Shown here in pieces: positions 1 through 13,100 of a stretch of 64,000 nucleotides of DNA. The translations under genes and the position numbers were made by a program. Below the pieces are notes generated by a model. That model worked only from the letters and a program-made list of their open reading frames with translations, was not told the origin of the DNA and made no database searches. The stretch is from Vermamoeba vermiformis (Eukaryota). The DNA lies in contig JBEWZL010000184.1 in assembly GCA_045837725.1 (NCBI GenBank), positions 62,001 through 126,000 on the forward strand, read 5' to 3'. Each line of letters starts with the position of its first letter. The first letter of the stretch is position 1.

Positions 1-225
1 AATTCAAAATTAATTTCGAATTTGCTTATAAATGCAATGATTTGCGTATTCGATGGCATAGTAAATGTATTGACAAGTACCTTTACTGGTAATTATTTCA
101 GTAAAATTGCGCCAAGTGTCCGGGTCCATCTCTCTGTCGAATTCATTTGCTCGTTGCACTTGGTTAGCGTATATGAATGATACAAAAATGCATAGTAAAA
201 TAAATATTAGCGGGTGTTCTCTCAT
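1..225 (-). CDS. 5' end of a secreted acid lipase-like gene (LIPA/gastric lipase family); runs off the window
   Basis: ATG at 225, signal-peptide-like MREHPLIFILLCIFVSFIYA, then DPDTWRNFTEIITSKG resembling the lipase N-terminal motif, followed by a GTACTT donor at 80. Confidence 0.6.
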
Positions 226-324
226 TTGGTTTTGCCTGTGTGCTGCCACGGAAGATCCACAAAATTGAAAATAAACCTTTCCCTGCAGGAATTCTATTTT
301 ATTCACTTTTTTAAATACACAACC

Positions 325-1300
325 ATGGGTAACAAGCAAACTGCTGAAGAAAAGGCTGACGTTGAAGGCACTTTGACCAAGTGGCGCAAGAAGTACAAGG
401 TTCCCGATGCAGCTTGGGAAGCTTTGAGGTAAATTGCTCTATGTTCAATTAATTGATGTATTAGAAAAATATTTGTGCATAACTTCCCGTCGTGGTAATA
501 TTTGCTAAGACCATTTTTCAATTACGGTGTGGATTTTAAATATATCCTTAAAATTGAAATTTTCTGTGTGATATCATATTTGAGAGTAAATAATTGTAAA
601 ATTTAGTATTCTATAATATTTCCTTAATACTTGAGGCTCAGTTTCAAATTCTTTGTTTTATTTCGAGATTCGCTTCTGGGACGCTAACATTTTGTGTTTT
701 AGGTCCAACTTCAATAAAATGGCTGGTCCTAGCAAGGATAGAGCTAGCTTGGATGCAGTTCAAAAGTGGTTCAGCAACGCTTTGGGCGCTCAAACCGCGA
801 AACAGCTTGCCCGCGCAATTGACACAGACAAGAGTGGATACGTCGATGTTTTGGAGTACATGCAATTCTGGTGCGTGCAAATTGGTGGTACTAACAACGA
901 AAAAATTACTACTTTCTTCAACTTGTTGGATGCTGACGGTAAGTACACAAGCTCGATCAGACCGGAATTGAAATTCGTTGTGTAACTTACCTACACCGAA
1001 ATTCGTTTATATTGATACTTATTATTCTTTTCAGGCAACGGTAAATTGGCAAAGGACGAAATGACCGACTTTTTGATCCTCGGTAACAAATTGGCTGCTG
1101 AAGCTGCAGGCACACCTGTTGACCCTTCAGTGCCCCAATTGATGCGCGATGTTGTCGAGAAGGTCTTCAAGGACATTGACATCGATAACGACGGTGCTTT
1201 GACTTTGGACGAAGTGCTCAAGGCTTGCGCCAAGTACCCCGACTACGAGAGCTTCTTCACTCAATTCGCCAGCGGTGTTGCAGGCAAGTTCTCTAAATAA
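325..1300 (+). CDS. N-myristoylated EF-hand Ca2+-binding protein (NCS/calcineurin-B-like), 3 exons
   Basis: Exons 325-428, 703-938, 1035-1300 join in frame; starts MGNKQT; EF loops DTDKSGYVDVLE, DADGNGKLAKDE, DIDNDGALTLDE. Confidence 0.88.
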
Positions 1301-1408
1301 GAAAATATTATTACACAAGTCGTCGAATGAGCTGTGTTTTAGTAGCACAGGTCGCTTTATAATATTTGTATTAATGCTAAAGTAAAAAAAAGAATCAAGT
1401 CGAAACCT

Positions 1409-3359
1409 TTATTGTAATATCAGCAAATTATACAAAAAGTCTTCTACGAGCTCTTCGTAAGCATACAAATCTAGCTCTTTTTGTATTTGAACGAGTTGTT
1501 GCAACTTTTCGCGAGTTGAGAAGTTGACGATAAAATCGAACTGTTTGTCGTTCAGCACGTAAGATGGAGTAGCGAGACGAAGGATCAAATACCGTATTTC
1601 AGGTGGGATGGCAGCAAATAGACCCATGTCTCGCGCAGTAAACAGTTGCAAAGTCTGCAGAGTATGTACTGCCCAGTAGCGTTGCATGGTGGTTCGAGCC
1701 TTTACTTTCTCCGCCAATAACTCACAGGCTGGAGTGATCGCACTCGGCTCTTCATAGCCAAATGACATTGCACCAAGCCACTGCGGAGATAAATTGACCA
1801 TTTCGATTGCTCTGTTAAGTCGAGTGAGGTTAAATGGAGCGAATTGAAGGCGCATTAATTTCTTTTCTGCGAATAGGGGATGCAGTACCACGTTCATGCG
1901 CAACCTCCGCAAGCTAGTGTTAGATTTAATCGCTTCATAAAGCTCTTTTTCTTCCACTGCCCATCGCATAGGCATAGAAATGTTTTGTATGATATTCTTC
2001 TTGAGTATTTGTGCAATCACGGTGCAATGTTTGACCAAGCCATCCCAATCGTCCGTTTTAAAAGAAGTAATGGTATTATTATCCAAAAGCGCGGTCAGGT
2101 ATTCGTAGCTATCTCCAAATCCACATAAAGTGATCTTTTTCAATGTATTGTTCGCTTTCAGTGCATACGCGATCGCTAAAGAACTGCCCGAGAAAGTTGT
2201 CCTCGCAGTAAGTTTGAGTCTTTTTAAGTGCGTATTTGTTCTTATCATATCTGCAATCGCATCACAAAGGTTTTCGTCAACAGTGTCGCACTGCAACGAG
2301 AAGTGCGTAATTCTCGTGTTGCGCGCAATTTCCTTAACCAGCGCTCTAATCGAGTTATGTGCATCACCATCACAACGTACGTTAAACTTTCTGATGGAAG
2401 TTGATTTGCGCGCGAACTCTGTGGCTGTGGACCAAAATACAGGCACACCGACATCTTTTGCCTGTACTCCAATAGCCAGCTTTGTCAATGACGTGAAAGT
2501 GACAAATCTATCGAACATAGTTTGGATCATATCAGGAGTGGTGACTCCAACAAAGAACTTGACTGAAGAGGACTGTGACGCTGTTGCTAAGAATGGCTCG
2601 AGGTCAATATCGTTGTATGACGAGAATCCACCTCTGATAGTCAACTCGCTGTACGGTACGCGTGTCGGAATAACACCAGTCGGAGAAGGTTTGAGCTGGA
2701 AGATAGTACCACCCACTGTGAGCGTGTAGAGGTCTTTGTGCTTGACTACTCGTTGTATCTCATCGTCACTGAGTTGAGGATGGATGTGCAGCGTAGTAAT
2801 GGAGTGATTGGCCTCAATGGCTTGTAAAATTTCTTCGTTGCAAACTCTTGCTATGAGCACACGAACTACGCACTCAGGATGTGCTAGGTACTGACAATAA
2901 GCGCGCACTGCATCGTCGTCTAGCTTGTGTTGAAGATCCATGATTGGATGGTCAGGGTTGAAGTAAGTCTTGCCAACTAAGTGCTCATAAGGTTCGTGGA
3001 TCTGCCACCGATCTGTATGTAAAATATGAGTTTAGAAATATGTTGCCGGGTATGAAAGTACCTTCATAGAATTTAGACACAGGGATATCGATCGTGCCGG
3101 TCTTGGATTTCCAATGAATTATCTGTGGATCGATCAATAACGTCGCTACATTACAGCAGAAATTAAAAATAATTGTAATCCGTCTCCCCTTTGTCAATTT
3201 GAAACAACAATTGCCGTCAGTGACTAATGTTCTTAGTATTTTTTTATTTCTAAATTGAATTAATTCGAAAAGACCGACCTTCTGCACAAAGACGTGGCCG
3301 CACATATCACAAGCCGTAGCATTGAACCCTGCCATGAAGGTGCATACAGGGCAATTCAT
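1409..3359 (-). CDS. RanBP2-type zinc finger plus RNI-like leucine-rich-repeat protein
   Basis: N-terminal CPVCTF...CDMC exon splices through two GT-AG introns into the 510-aa ORF, which has RNI-like repeats (ALKANNTLKKITL, AIKSNTSLRRLRM). Confidence 0.75.
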
Positions 3360-3517
3360 TTTTTAGCTGTTTAAAGTTTTGTGGTTGATCGGTTATGCGA
3401 GATAACTGAAGATTGTGATGTTTCAATCAGGGCTGCCAGTTGAACCAGAACGCGTGGCCGCGCTATCTTATTTACCTCATTATAATTACAACTAGCTCAA
3501 CCATCAATTGATCGAAG

Positions 3518-6500
3518 ATGGCACAGGGAGAACGCATTGAAGATCTATTAGAAAGCGTGGCCGATGCGGTCAGCGCTCTCGTGATGTTCTCAACAGAATC
3601 TGTGGAAAACAAACGCATGATGACTAATATTGCTAGTGGATCGAAAATCTTGAAGGAAGCTACAAATTTCTTGGTGGATTCTGCTGCAAAAACGACCAGT
3701 AAGTTTTATAATTTGAAATATTTTTAAAGTGACGCATTAAAATACGCTCGCCTTCAATTATTTATCAATAAGTGACTGTTATAATTGAATAATACTGCGT
3801 GCTAGTAGCATTTAAATAATTATTTCAAAAATGTTGAACGAAGAAAATCTTATCAAAATTGCTAGACAATTAAATCAAAATTTCTCTCGTCGAAAATTGG
3901 TGCGCTGTACATTCTAAATGAGAGAATAGTGCAATCTAACTGAAGATTATATCCACAAAAAATCTCGTACTTACAGATCTGTTTTCAGATGCGTGGAATA
4001 ACATTGGAAGTCCCGAAATGGCTGCCAAGATGCAAGAAGCAGGTTCTTTAATTGCCACGGCTACGCAAACTATTATCGATTCTGCTACCGAGTTGAGCGT
4101 CGATTTCTTCAAACAGTCTGCCAAGCAAGCAATCTTGGACGCAGGCAAGGACATTCTCAAGGGCACCGTGAGATTGCAACAGTTCTACGAATTATATGAG
4201 ATCGTCGTCATTTTGAGACAGGTAAGCTAATCCTAGAAGATGTGACAAGTCCTTATTCGTACTGTTCAGATTGAGATTTGCCGCATCAAGTTGACCTATG
4301 CACGCGAAGACACATTTGCAGTGGAAGAATTCTCATCAATTTTGTTCGTGTTGATTCGCATGCTCGAGCGCAGAGTGTTGCGTGTGCACGACACCAAGAT
4401 TAAAGATATGCTCGAACAGTCCGCCATGGAGATTGAAAAGACCATTGACCCATTGCGTCAAAATGTTCAAACTAAGCCTCAGGTACGTCTACAATTCCAA
4501 AGATGATTAGGCTAACACAGCACAGGACAACAAAACTAAGCAATTGCGCGAGTCAATCATCACAGCCTTGCAAGCAGCACTGAAGAAGGCTGAAGAGGCC
4601 ACCAAGCTGTCAGCCAAATCACCCTTCGACTTGAGCTTGTTGGACTCGCAAGTTAACCGCGGTGAAGTGTTCGAGGAAGAAGTAATTGCCTCACAAAGGT
4701 AAGGACACAATCGCAACTCGTTATTACACGTGCTCACCACTTACTACAGAGGATTGGAAGACCAAATCGAAGCTCTCAAGAAGGCCGTGCTGGGTGGTGA
4801 TGAACACGAAGTTGACAAAGTGTTGAGAGGTTTGCGCAAAGAAATTGAAGATCAATTAGAAGCAGCTGAAGAGAACGCCAAGGGCATTGCTGACCCTGCA
4901 CTTCGTGCCAAGTTGTTGGGCTCGGTTGATTTGTTGAAGAAGAAACTCCGTGACATGCTCGACAGAGTGGGCGATGCAGCACGCGAGTCTGCTCGCACTG
5001 GTAACTTGCAAGTTCTCGAGCCTATGCTCGCTGAGTTGATGAACGCTAGTGCTGCAGTCTTGACTCCTCGTGCTCGCAACAACGTCTTGCAACACGCTGC
5101 AAACATTGAAGACTTGCTCGATGAACTCGGCAGTGCTGCTGCCAAGGGCAACGGCAAGGGTGCTATTGACGCCGCCAAGGGCTTGAAGGCTGAGTTGTTG
5201 GAAATGTCTGAACTAGGCAAGATTCTCGCTCAAAACGTCGACGACGATCCTTTCAGAAAAAAGCGTTTGATGGAAGCTGCTGCTGAGTTGGCTGATTTGG
5301 GTGACATGTTGTCCAATGCCGCTGAGATCTTGGCCAAGAAAGGTGCCTCACCTGAATTGCTGAAGAAGCTTGCTGATATGATCAACCGTGTCAAGGGCGC
5401 CATGAAGAACTTGATCAATGCTGCCAGTCTCACCACTCCTCAAGAAATGCTCGAGAATGCCTCAGAAATCAACAAAGAACTCGACACATTGAAGACTAAT
5501 GCTGCAGACCCCAAGAAGAACGCTCAAGCAATCGTCAAGGGTATTGGCAGAGTCGGTGCACGTGTCAAGCCTCAAGTTGCTGTTGCCAATGCCTACGCTG
5601 AGCACGTCAATGACCCCGAGCAGAAGAAGAACATCACTGAAGCTGCTCAACAGTTGCAACAATCTGCCAGCGAATTAGCTCTTGCTGCTAAGGGTGCTAT
5701 TGGTGGTGCTTCAGAAGAGGCCAAAAAGAAGTTGTTGGCTGCCATTCAAAAGCTTCGTGATGCCAACGACCGATTATTGAACTCAGTCACTGATGCTCCT
5801 GATGAAGAAATGATGGCTCTTAAGGCACAAATTGCCGACGGTATTGAACGTGTCCACGCTGCTGTTGCTGCTGGTGACGTCAAAGCTGCCGCTGCTGCGT
5901 TGAGTGACTTGAAGGACAGTGTTAAGAAGCAAGTCTACTTGGCTCGCCTTGTTGCCGGTGGAATTGACGACCTTGAGCTCCGCAAAAAATTGCTGGACGC
6001 CTGTCTCGCTCTTGACAGTGGCATTCTCGACAACTTGTTGCCCGCTTTGCGAGGTGCCATGGAGAATCCCAATGACACTGCTGCTATTGTAAGTCTCTGA
6101 TATCCCGACAATAAGCATCTATTCTAACCTTTATGACTTCAGAAAAAATTGGACGACTTGTTGGGTGTTATTGATAAGAACACTTCTGCTTTGGTCACTC
6201 TGTCCAAGGAAGTCAGCCCCGAAGACAGCTTGGCTCAGAACGCCAAGAAGATGAACAAGACCATCGACAGAGCTTACCAAGCCATTCTCAAGCCAAGCGC
6301 CCCCGATGCCACAGCTGCCCTTAAAGAGGCTCGTGAGCAATTGGCTAAGCACAAGCAGTTGATCCAACTTGCTGTTGAGCGCACGACTGACCCGAAACAC
6401 GCTGATGCTTTGAACAATGCCATGGCTCAACTTGAAACTGACTTCCAGAATGTCGTTTTGGCTGCCAAGGAGAAGCTTACTAACCCTGCCACCCCTGACA

Positions 6501-7111
6501 GCAAGGTCACAGCCGCCGTAGATGCCTTCAAGAAACAAGCTACCTTGACTGGTCAATTGGCTCTCAAGCTGAAGCAAGTCCGTGCTGAAGCTGAAGAAGC
6601 CGAGAGATTGCGCCGATTGAAGGAAGAGGAGGAAATGAAGAACAAGGACGAGGTATACGCCGCCGCCCACACTGTCGAAAAGGTCGTTCAGCGCGTTCAA
6701 TTGGAGTTCCCTCACGACGGTTCACCCGCTGGTATGCTTGCCAAGGCCGCTAGTGAGATTGCACGCGCCATGAAGCTCTTGTCCGAAATTGCCAAGAAGG
6801 GCAACAAGAACGAGTTGATTATGAATGCCCGTGACATTGCCAACTACATTGCTGAAGTCGTCAAGTGGGCTAACAAGTGCGCTGAAGAGTGCTCAGATCC
6901 TCTCTTGGCTCGTGAGTTACGCGATGCTGCCAGTGTGGCCAAGAACTACAGTGTGCAATTGAAGATTCTGTGCGCTGTCAAGGCTGGTATGGATGCTGAT
7001 GATCCTACCGCCAAGAAATCGCTCGTTATTTGCGCTCAAGGTTTGGCTAAAGCTGTTGTGAACTGCGTCAACACGTCACAATTGGCCAAGTTGAAGAAGA
7101 AGCTTATTTAA
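3518..7111 (+). CDS. Vinculin/alpha-catenin family protein
   Basis: Ala-rich helical bundles; C-terminal vinculin-tail-like ELIMNARDIA...CSDPLLARELRDAASVAKNYSVQLKILCAVKA; 5 GT-AG introns. Confidence 0.85.
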
Positions 7112-7221
7112 GCAGTATACAATCCGCGTGTAAGCGAACTGCTTATCTTTTATTTTTCAAACTGATGTGTACAGGTGTCGTATTTTAATAAACAAATTAA
7201 TGTTAACAATACAACAATGAT

Positions 7222-7802
7222 TCACAATCTCAACACCTCGCGCGTTTGAAGGCTGTTGCGCAATGTCACTGTGCGAGAAGGGGCAGCAGGCTGCTTCAAG
7301 GACAAGTTGAACAGTGGGAGGTCAATAGCATATGTGCCAGGATGCACGCGTTGTTTTTTTTTCTCGAAGGCCGTTTGATCCGGAATAACAAGACGGCGCA
7401 TCTTCAGCACGGTCGAAGCAGACTCCACAGTTGGCAAGTCCGTTTTAGGTAAGTCACCAGCGCTCTTAGTCAGACGAGGTCTTGTCTCTTGGCGCACAGT
7501 GAAGGGAGTTTTCCGGACCAAAGGACGACGGAACCAAAGAATATGCGGCGTATTCAAGTGGCTACCGCAGTGAACCCAGCCAGTAGACATGGTAATGCCA
7601 AATTGGCGCCACTCTTTCTCGCTCATAAGCTCACAGGGCACCAACAAAACAGCAAGTGATATTGGCAAAGTAACGTACCTGCGAGAGTTACGTGAATTGC
7701 ACCTTATTAATATCAAATGACTTACCTGTATTCGTAATAGTCATCGTTGAATTTCTCGGAGTAGAGGATTGGTTCGACGTTAATTGTCGTGTCGGGGTCC
7801 AT
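7222..7802 (-). CDS. CKS1: Cyclin-dependent kinase regulatory subunit CKS-like protein with C-terminal extension
   Basis: Spliced product ILYSEKFNDDYYEYRYVTLP...LMSEKEWRQFGITMSTGWVH...PHILWFRRPL. Confidence 0.85.
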
Positions 7803-8027
7803 TGTGTAGTGGTTTTGTGCTGAAAATAAAATTGTCCCATTTTCAAACGCTTTTATGGCTAATTTCACAACGGTTACTTGGCTTTTTTGGCAATTTCTTC
7901 CCGCTCAAACAATATTTGCAGAAGTACACGTGGCGTGCTACTCCCTTTTTATTTTGTGTACACAAACCAGATATCTTGTGAACACTTTCGTATCCAACCA
8001 CTATGTAAACAACAACATGTAAGAAGA

Positions 8028-10146
8028 ATGGGCGCAATTAGAGCAATAATTAGCCTCGCCTATCACGTGATTTATTTGGGTGTCACATTGGCACTTGCGA
8101 TATTGAAAGCAATTGTAGGCGAAACAAAAAAGGAAAGAATAATTATTTACACAAGGTAAACTTATTTACTAATTTATACAATACTAAATTTGACAATGCC
8201 ATCACTTCTAAAATTAATTTCGAATATTTCAATTTGTTGATGCTTTAATTACTCAATCAACCGCAGATACCCAGAGGCTGGTAATACTAAAAAACGAATG
8301 ATTCCTGGCTTAGGAGCAGAAGGTGCTGCCAAATTACAAAAAGAAATGACGGAGCACGTACTCAATGCCATGCGTTCTTTCAGAGCCCTGTCGGACATTG
8401 ACGTACAAGGTAATGACACTGAAGCCTCGGTGCCATGGTTACTAATGCCAGACTTCGTGTACCAGTCCACTTCAAAGGCGAGGGTTGTGCACGCATGAGC
8501 TCGTGGCTTGGAAATGACGTAACAATGGTCCCACAAGTTGAAGGCGACTTAGGGGTCAAGCTGATACACAGCGTTGCTTCTGCCTTTCGCGAGGGAGTCA
8601 AGTAAGTGCAGTCTACGAATGGCAGAACGATGCAGTCCCAATTCACCCAAAAACGGCGTTCAACCATCCGACATGGTGTAGGGGTTCAGCATATCCGCCT
8701 GTCACGCGGGTGACCCGGGTTCGATTCCCGGTGTTGGAGATTTCTTTTTTATTTTTGTCCCACTCCCTGCCCAAAGCGCGATGTAGCTGCTGTTTTAACC
8801 CCGCGTATTTATTTATTGTAGGAAAGTGATAATTATTGGTGGGGACATTCCGGACATCAAACCGAGATTAATGTTTGACGCGCTCGCTGCTCTGGACCAT
8901 GTTGACATGACTATTGGCCCCGCAGAGGACGGAGGTTATTATTTGATTGGCTTGCGATGGCGACAAGACTATGCACGCCAAGATAACAACCGCTGGACTG
9001 CGCTTTTCGAAGGAATTGATTGGGGCACTGAAGTTGTCTTCAGGTACACTTTACGTACAAATCCTAACAAGGCTATTTCGCTAATTGCTTGAGCGGTACA
9101 GGCAAACCACCGAAGCTGCAACTGCTGCACGCCTCACGTACCACGCAATTACGAAAATTGCTGATGTTGACAGACCCGAGGACTTGCACGTGTGGTAAGC
9201 ATAGCGCAATCAACCCTCCTTTATTAACACCGTACAGGAACAAAGCGCAAAAACGGATAACTGAACGGGTAAACTCCAACAAGATAAGCATTATCATTCC
9301 TACACTCAACGAGGAGCATAACTTGCCAAAAGTAAGCTACAATTACAATATTATGGAGTTCGACTAACAGCGCTGTTAGACGCTGGCAAGTCTACAAGGT
9401 GGAAATAACATCGAAGTGATTGTAGTTGACGGCGGCAGTACAGACAACACGGTCAGAATAGCAAAATCTTCATCGCTCGTCAATGCAGTAGGATTGACTC
9501 GTGGTGGACGCGCTAAACAGCTCAATGCTGGGGCTGCACAAGCAACAGGTACTAGTACCTGATCAGATTGTAGTGCGCATTTATCTGATACACCTCCACA
9601 GGGTCTATTTTACTGTTCTTACATGCTGACACGCTGCTTCCACTCGGGTACGACCACATGGTCCGAGCTGTTGTCACACATGACCGATGGCAAGGCCGCT
9701 GTGTTGGTGGTGCATTTGAGTTCAAATTGGACTGCGAGGACTCGTTGAGCATCAGGCTCATTGAAAACGTAGCCAACTGGCGCGCTAGAGAGTTGAAGGT
9801 ACGGTGTATTCTTTAAATCTGCAGAACGGTCTTTCACTTAGTTAATTAGTTACCCTACGGTGATCAAGCGCTGTTCATTCGACGAGATTCATTCGAACAG
9901 CTCGGCAGATTTCCAGAAGTGCCGCTGATGGACGACTACATTTTTGTAAGGAACTGGGCTCGTCGATTAGACTTGCACATCATCCACAGCCCTGCCATTA
10001 CTTCAGCACGACGATGGCAACGCGCAGGAGTGTGGCGCACAACGCTGTTAAATTGGCTCATCGTGCTAGCTTATCACGCGTACGTGCCAGTCGATGTGCT
10101 TGCCAAGGTCTATCGCGCAGTTGGTCGATTGTGCACCAAAAAATAA
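8028..10146 (+). CDS. Fused glycosyltransferase: TIGR04282/DUF2064-like domain plus TIGR04283-like GT2 domain
   Basis: Domain 1: RYPEAGNTKKRMIPGLG, QVEGDLG, IIGGDIP, IGPAEDGGYYLIGL, IDWGT, DVDRPEDL. Domain 2: ISIIIPTLNE, VVDGGSTD, GRAKQLNAGA, FLHADT, PYGDQALF, TSARRW. Confidence 0.85.
8667..8739 (+). tRNA. tRNA-Asp(GTC), located in intron 8602-8821 of the glycosyltransferase gene
   Basis: Acceptor stem TCCGACA/TGTTGGA; anticodon arm with CT-GTC-AC loop (GTC at 8701-8703); T arm CCGGG-TTCGATT-CCCGG; oligo-T run immediately downstream. Confidence 0.95.
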
Positions 10147-10192
10147 ATTACAAAAACAACAGAATTTTTATGGTCAAAGCGAGTTAGTCAAT

Positions 10193-13100
10193 CTACTTCT
10201 TAGCCTTCTGCTTCTTCTTAGCAGGGCCTTCGTTCTTCGTCGTTTCTTCGCGCTTTCTCTTCTTTGAAGCCGCAGTGTCCTTCTTAGCTGGGGCAGCCTT
10301 TGCTTTAGCTGCCGGCTTTTCTTTTGCCCTCTCTTTGGCTGCTGGCCTCGCTTTAGCAGCTGCCTTAGGCTTCTCTTTGGCAGCACTCTTCTTCGCTGGA
10401 GCTGCCTTTGCGTTTGCCTTTGCCTTTGGAGCTGTTTTTTTTGTAGTGTTGCTACCCGTTGAGCCTCGTCGACCTTTCTTAGGAACTTCTTTCTCTTCTT
10501 CGGCGCTCTCTTCTTTGGACTCCTCTTCCTCATTGTCAGAAGCTTCTTTTTCGCTGTTTTCTTTGCTCTCTTCGTCGCTTTGTTCCTTGCTTTCTTCGTC
10601 GCTCTCCTTGCTCTCCTCTTTGCTCTCTTCCTTGCTCTCCTCGTCGCTCTTTTCTTCTTCTTTCGAGCTCTCTTCTGCGCTCTTCTCTTCCTCCTTGGGC
10701 TCTTCTTTCTTGCCTCGCTTCGGAGGAGTTTGTTTTGCCTTCTTCGTCTCTTTTTCCTCTTTCTTGGGCGTGGTCTTCTTTTCAGCCTTTTTGGTCTCTT
10801 TTTCCTTCTTGGGAGTGGTCTTCTTGACTGGTTTCTTCAAGTTGATCTTGGCGTCTGATAATTCTTTTTCAATCAAACGAATCAACTGGTCCACACGTCG
10901 TTGCAACTCAAAAATCGTGCGCGACTTCAAGAACCAATCGAATCTGAAGCGCCACGACTTTCTGATTTCGCGCTTCAAGTCGTCCCAGTTGCCATAGCCC
11001 AAAGCGTGAGTAGCACACACCAAGAAGATATCTTCTTCTTCAGTATACGTCTTGCCCTTGTTGCCAGCGTAATTGATCTTCAAGTTTTTGAACGGATCTT
11101 TAACGCCGTCAATCTTGTACTTCAATGCGGCAATCATTTCTTCGCGTCGTTGAATGCGCTGCTCTCCCTTCTCGATGTTGGAGACAATGCGCTCCCAGTC
11201 AGGCACTTCCTTGTACTTCTTCCAGAACACCTTGGAGTATTCCTTGACCTCAGCCAGTGTCTTCGTGTCGATGTCACCAGCAATCTGTTCGAGGGCATCG
11301 CGGCCATACTTTTCACAAGCCTTGATGAACAAGCCATAGTCTCGCTTGTTCCAATTGCCAAAGCCCTTTTGCAACAAACTCTCTTTTTCTTTTTGCTCGC
11401 TTTCAGTCAAGTCATCAAAGTCCTCACTGTCCTCGTCTTTTTCTTCCTTATTTTCATTGCCCTCTTTGGTGGCCTCTTCCTTCTCTTTTTCTTTCTTCTC
11501 TCGTGCCTCCAATCTGCGCTTGAATGCTTCAGTCTCCTTGTTTAAGAGATCAGTCAACTTCTTCGGGAAGAATTGGAACGGGTGAATGACGGGTTGTTTG
11601 GGCGGACGTGAAGGCACTCTTTCCTTTCTTTCCTTAGACCCGCCCATCAACTGCTTGTAGTACTGGCTCTCGTTGTAAGTACTTTGCTTGCGCTCACGCT
11701 TAGGAGGCTCAATGAAGGTGCGTGCCAACTGTTTCTGAGAGTAATCAACGCCCTCAAAGTTGTAGTAGTTCTGGTTATTGCCACCGTCGAGCGTGAAGTT
11801 CAACAAGTTGTTGGCCTTGTCCTTGTACTTCTCTGCCAATTCCTCGGTCTTGGCTGCACCTCGCTCGAGAATAGCGTCGATTTCCTCGTCGGTGATTGTG
11901 CTGTCCTTGCTGGCGAAGATCTTCTCAGCACCGAATTTGATCATGGCGAGCATTTCGTCCTTGCCGAGTGCTTTGCTTTGTTCGATCAATCGGCCTTGTT
12001 GAATGACCACAGCGTCAAGATGCAGCTTCATCTCAGCACGCTCAACAATCTTCTCTTCGATGGTACCTTCAGTGATGAAGCGATACACCGTCACGGGCTT
12101 CGTTTGACCGATGCGATGTGCTCGATCTTGGGCTTGCAAATCGACTTGAGGATTCCAATCCGAGTCGTAGAGGATGACTGTGTCAGCTGAAGCCAAGTTG
12201 ATTCCAAGACCTCCTGCTCTGGTTGAAAGCAAGAAGACAAATTTAGAGCTTCCCTTCCTGTAGGCAATACATTAGTTGGCAATCAGGGGTGTGGACAATG
12301 CTAGTACGTACTTGACGAAAGAGTCGATTTGCTCTTCACGATCAATGGTGTTCGTTGAACCATCAATGCGGCAGTACTCGTACTTCTTGTACAGACAGTA
12401 GTCCTCCATAATGTCAAGGTTCTTTGTCATTTGACTGAAAATCAACACTTGAGAGCCACGAGCCTTCAGTTTTTGCAACAACTTCTCCAACACAACCAAC
12501 TTGCCGCTGTTCTCGTACAAATGAGGACCGTCTTCGTACGGTGTAGGCTCTTGACCAGGGAACAAATAGGGATGATTGCACGCCTTTCTCAACTGCATCA
12601 CAATGTTCAACAACCGAGTGCGCGAACCACCATTGCCTATACTAGAGGTCAGTAGTTTGTTGAAATACGCTGAATGTGCTTACCGTTAATGGCGTCAATA
12701 TCTTTCATCAAGATGTTGGTGTAAAGATCGCGTTGCATCTTGGACATGCCAACGAAGATCTTGACTTCTTTCTTTGGTGGCAAACCTTGTGCCACCTCAG
12801 CTTTAATTCTTCGCAACAAGAACGGACGCAATACGCGGTGCAACTTTGTGATCACTTCTTGTGCGTTCTCTTCGCCTTGGCCCTTCAAGTTGAACCAGGC
12901 GTCAAAATCTTCAGATGACGAGAACACGTCAGGCAACAAGAAGTTCAACAGAGCCCACAGCTCGTGCAAGTTGTTCTAGTAAGTGTGAGCCAGGGATTAT
13001 AACTGACAACGCTAGGCTTACCTGCAAAGGAGTACCAGTAATCAAAAGACGGTATTGACTCTTGTACAATCTCACGACCATTGACAAGACTGACTTCTCG

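Noticed and set aside
542-631. ATATCCTT...TTCCTTAATAC inside intron 1 of the EF-hand gene, resembling a nested U12 intron
   Set aside because: The branch-like motif abuts the AC with no spacer, and the protein reads well with a single GT-AG intron
10275-12190. Long antisense or alternative-frame ORFs over ISWI (similar ones over eIF4G, LSG1 and ubinuclein)
   Set aside because: Shadow ORFs produced by codon bias and low-complexity K/E-rich coding on the real strand
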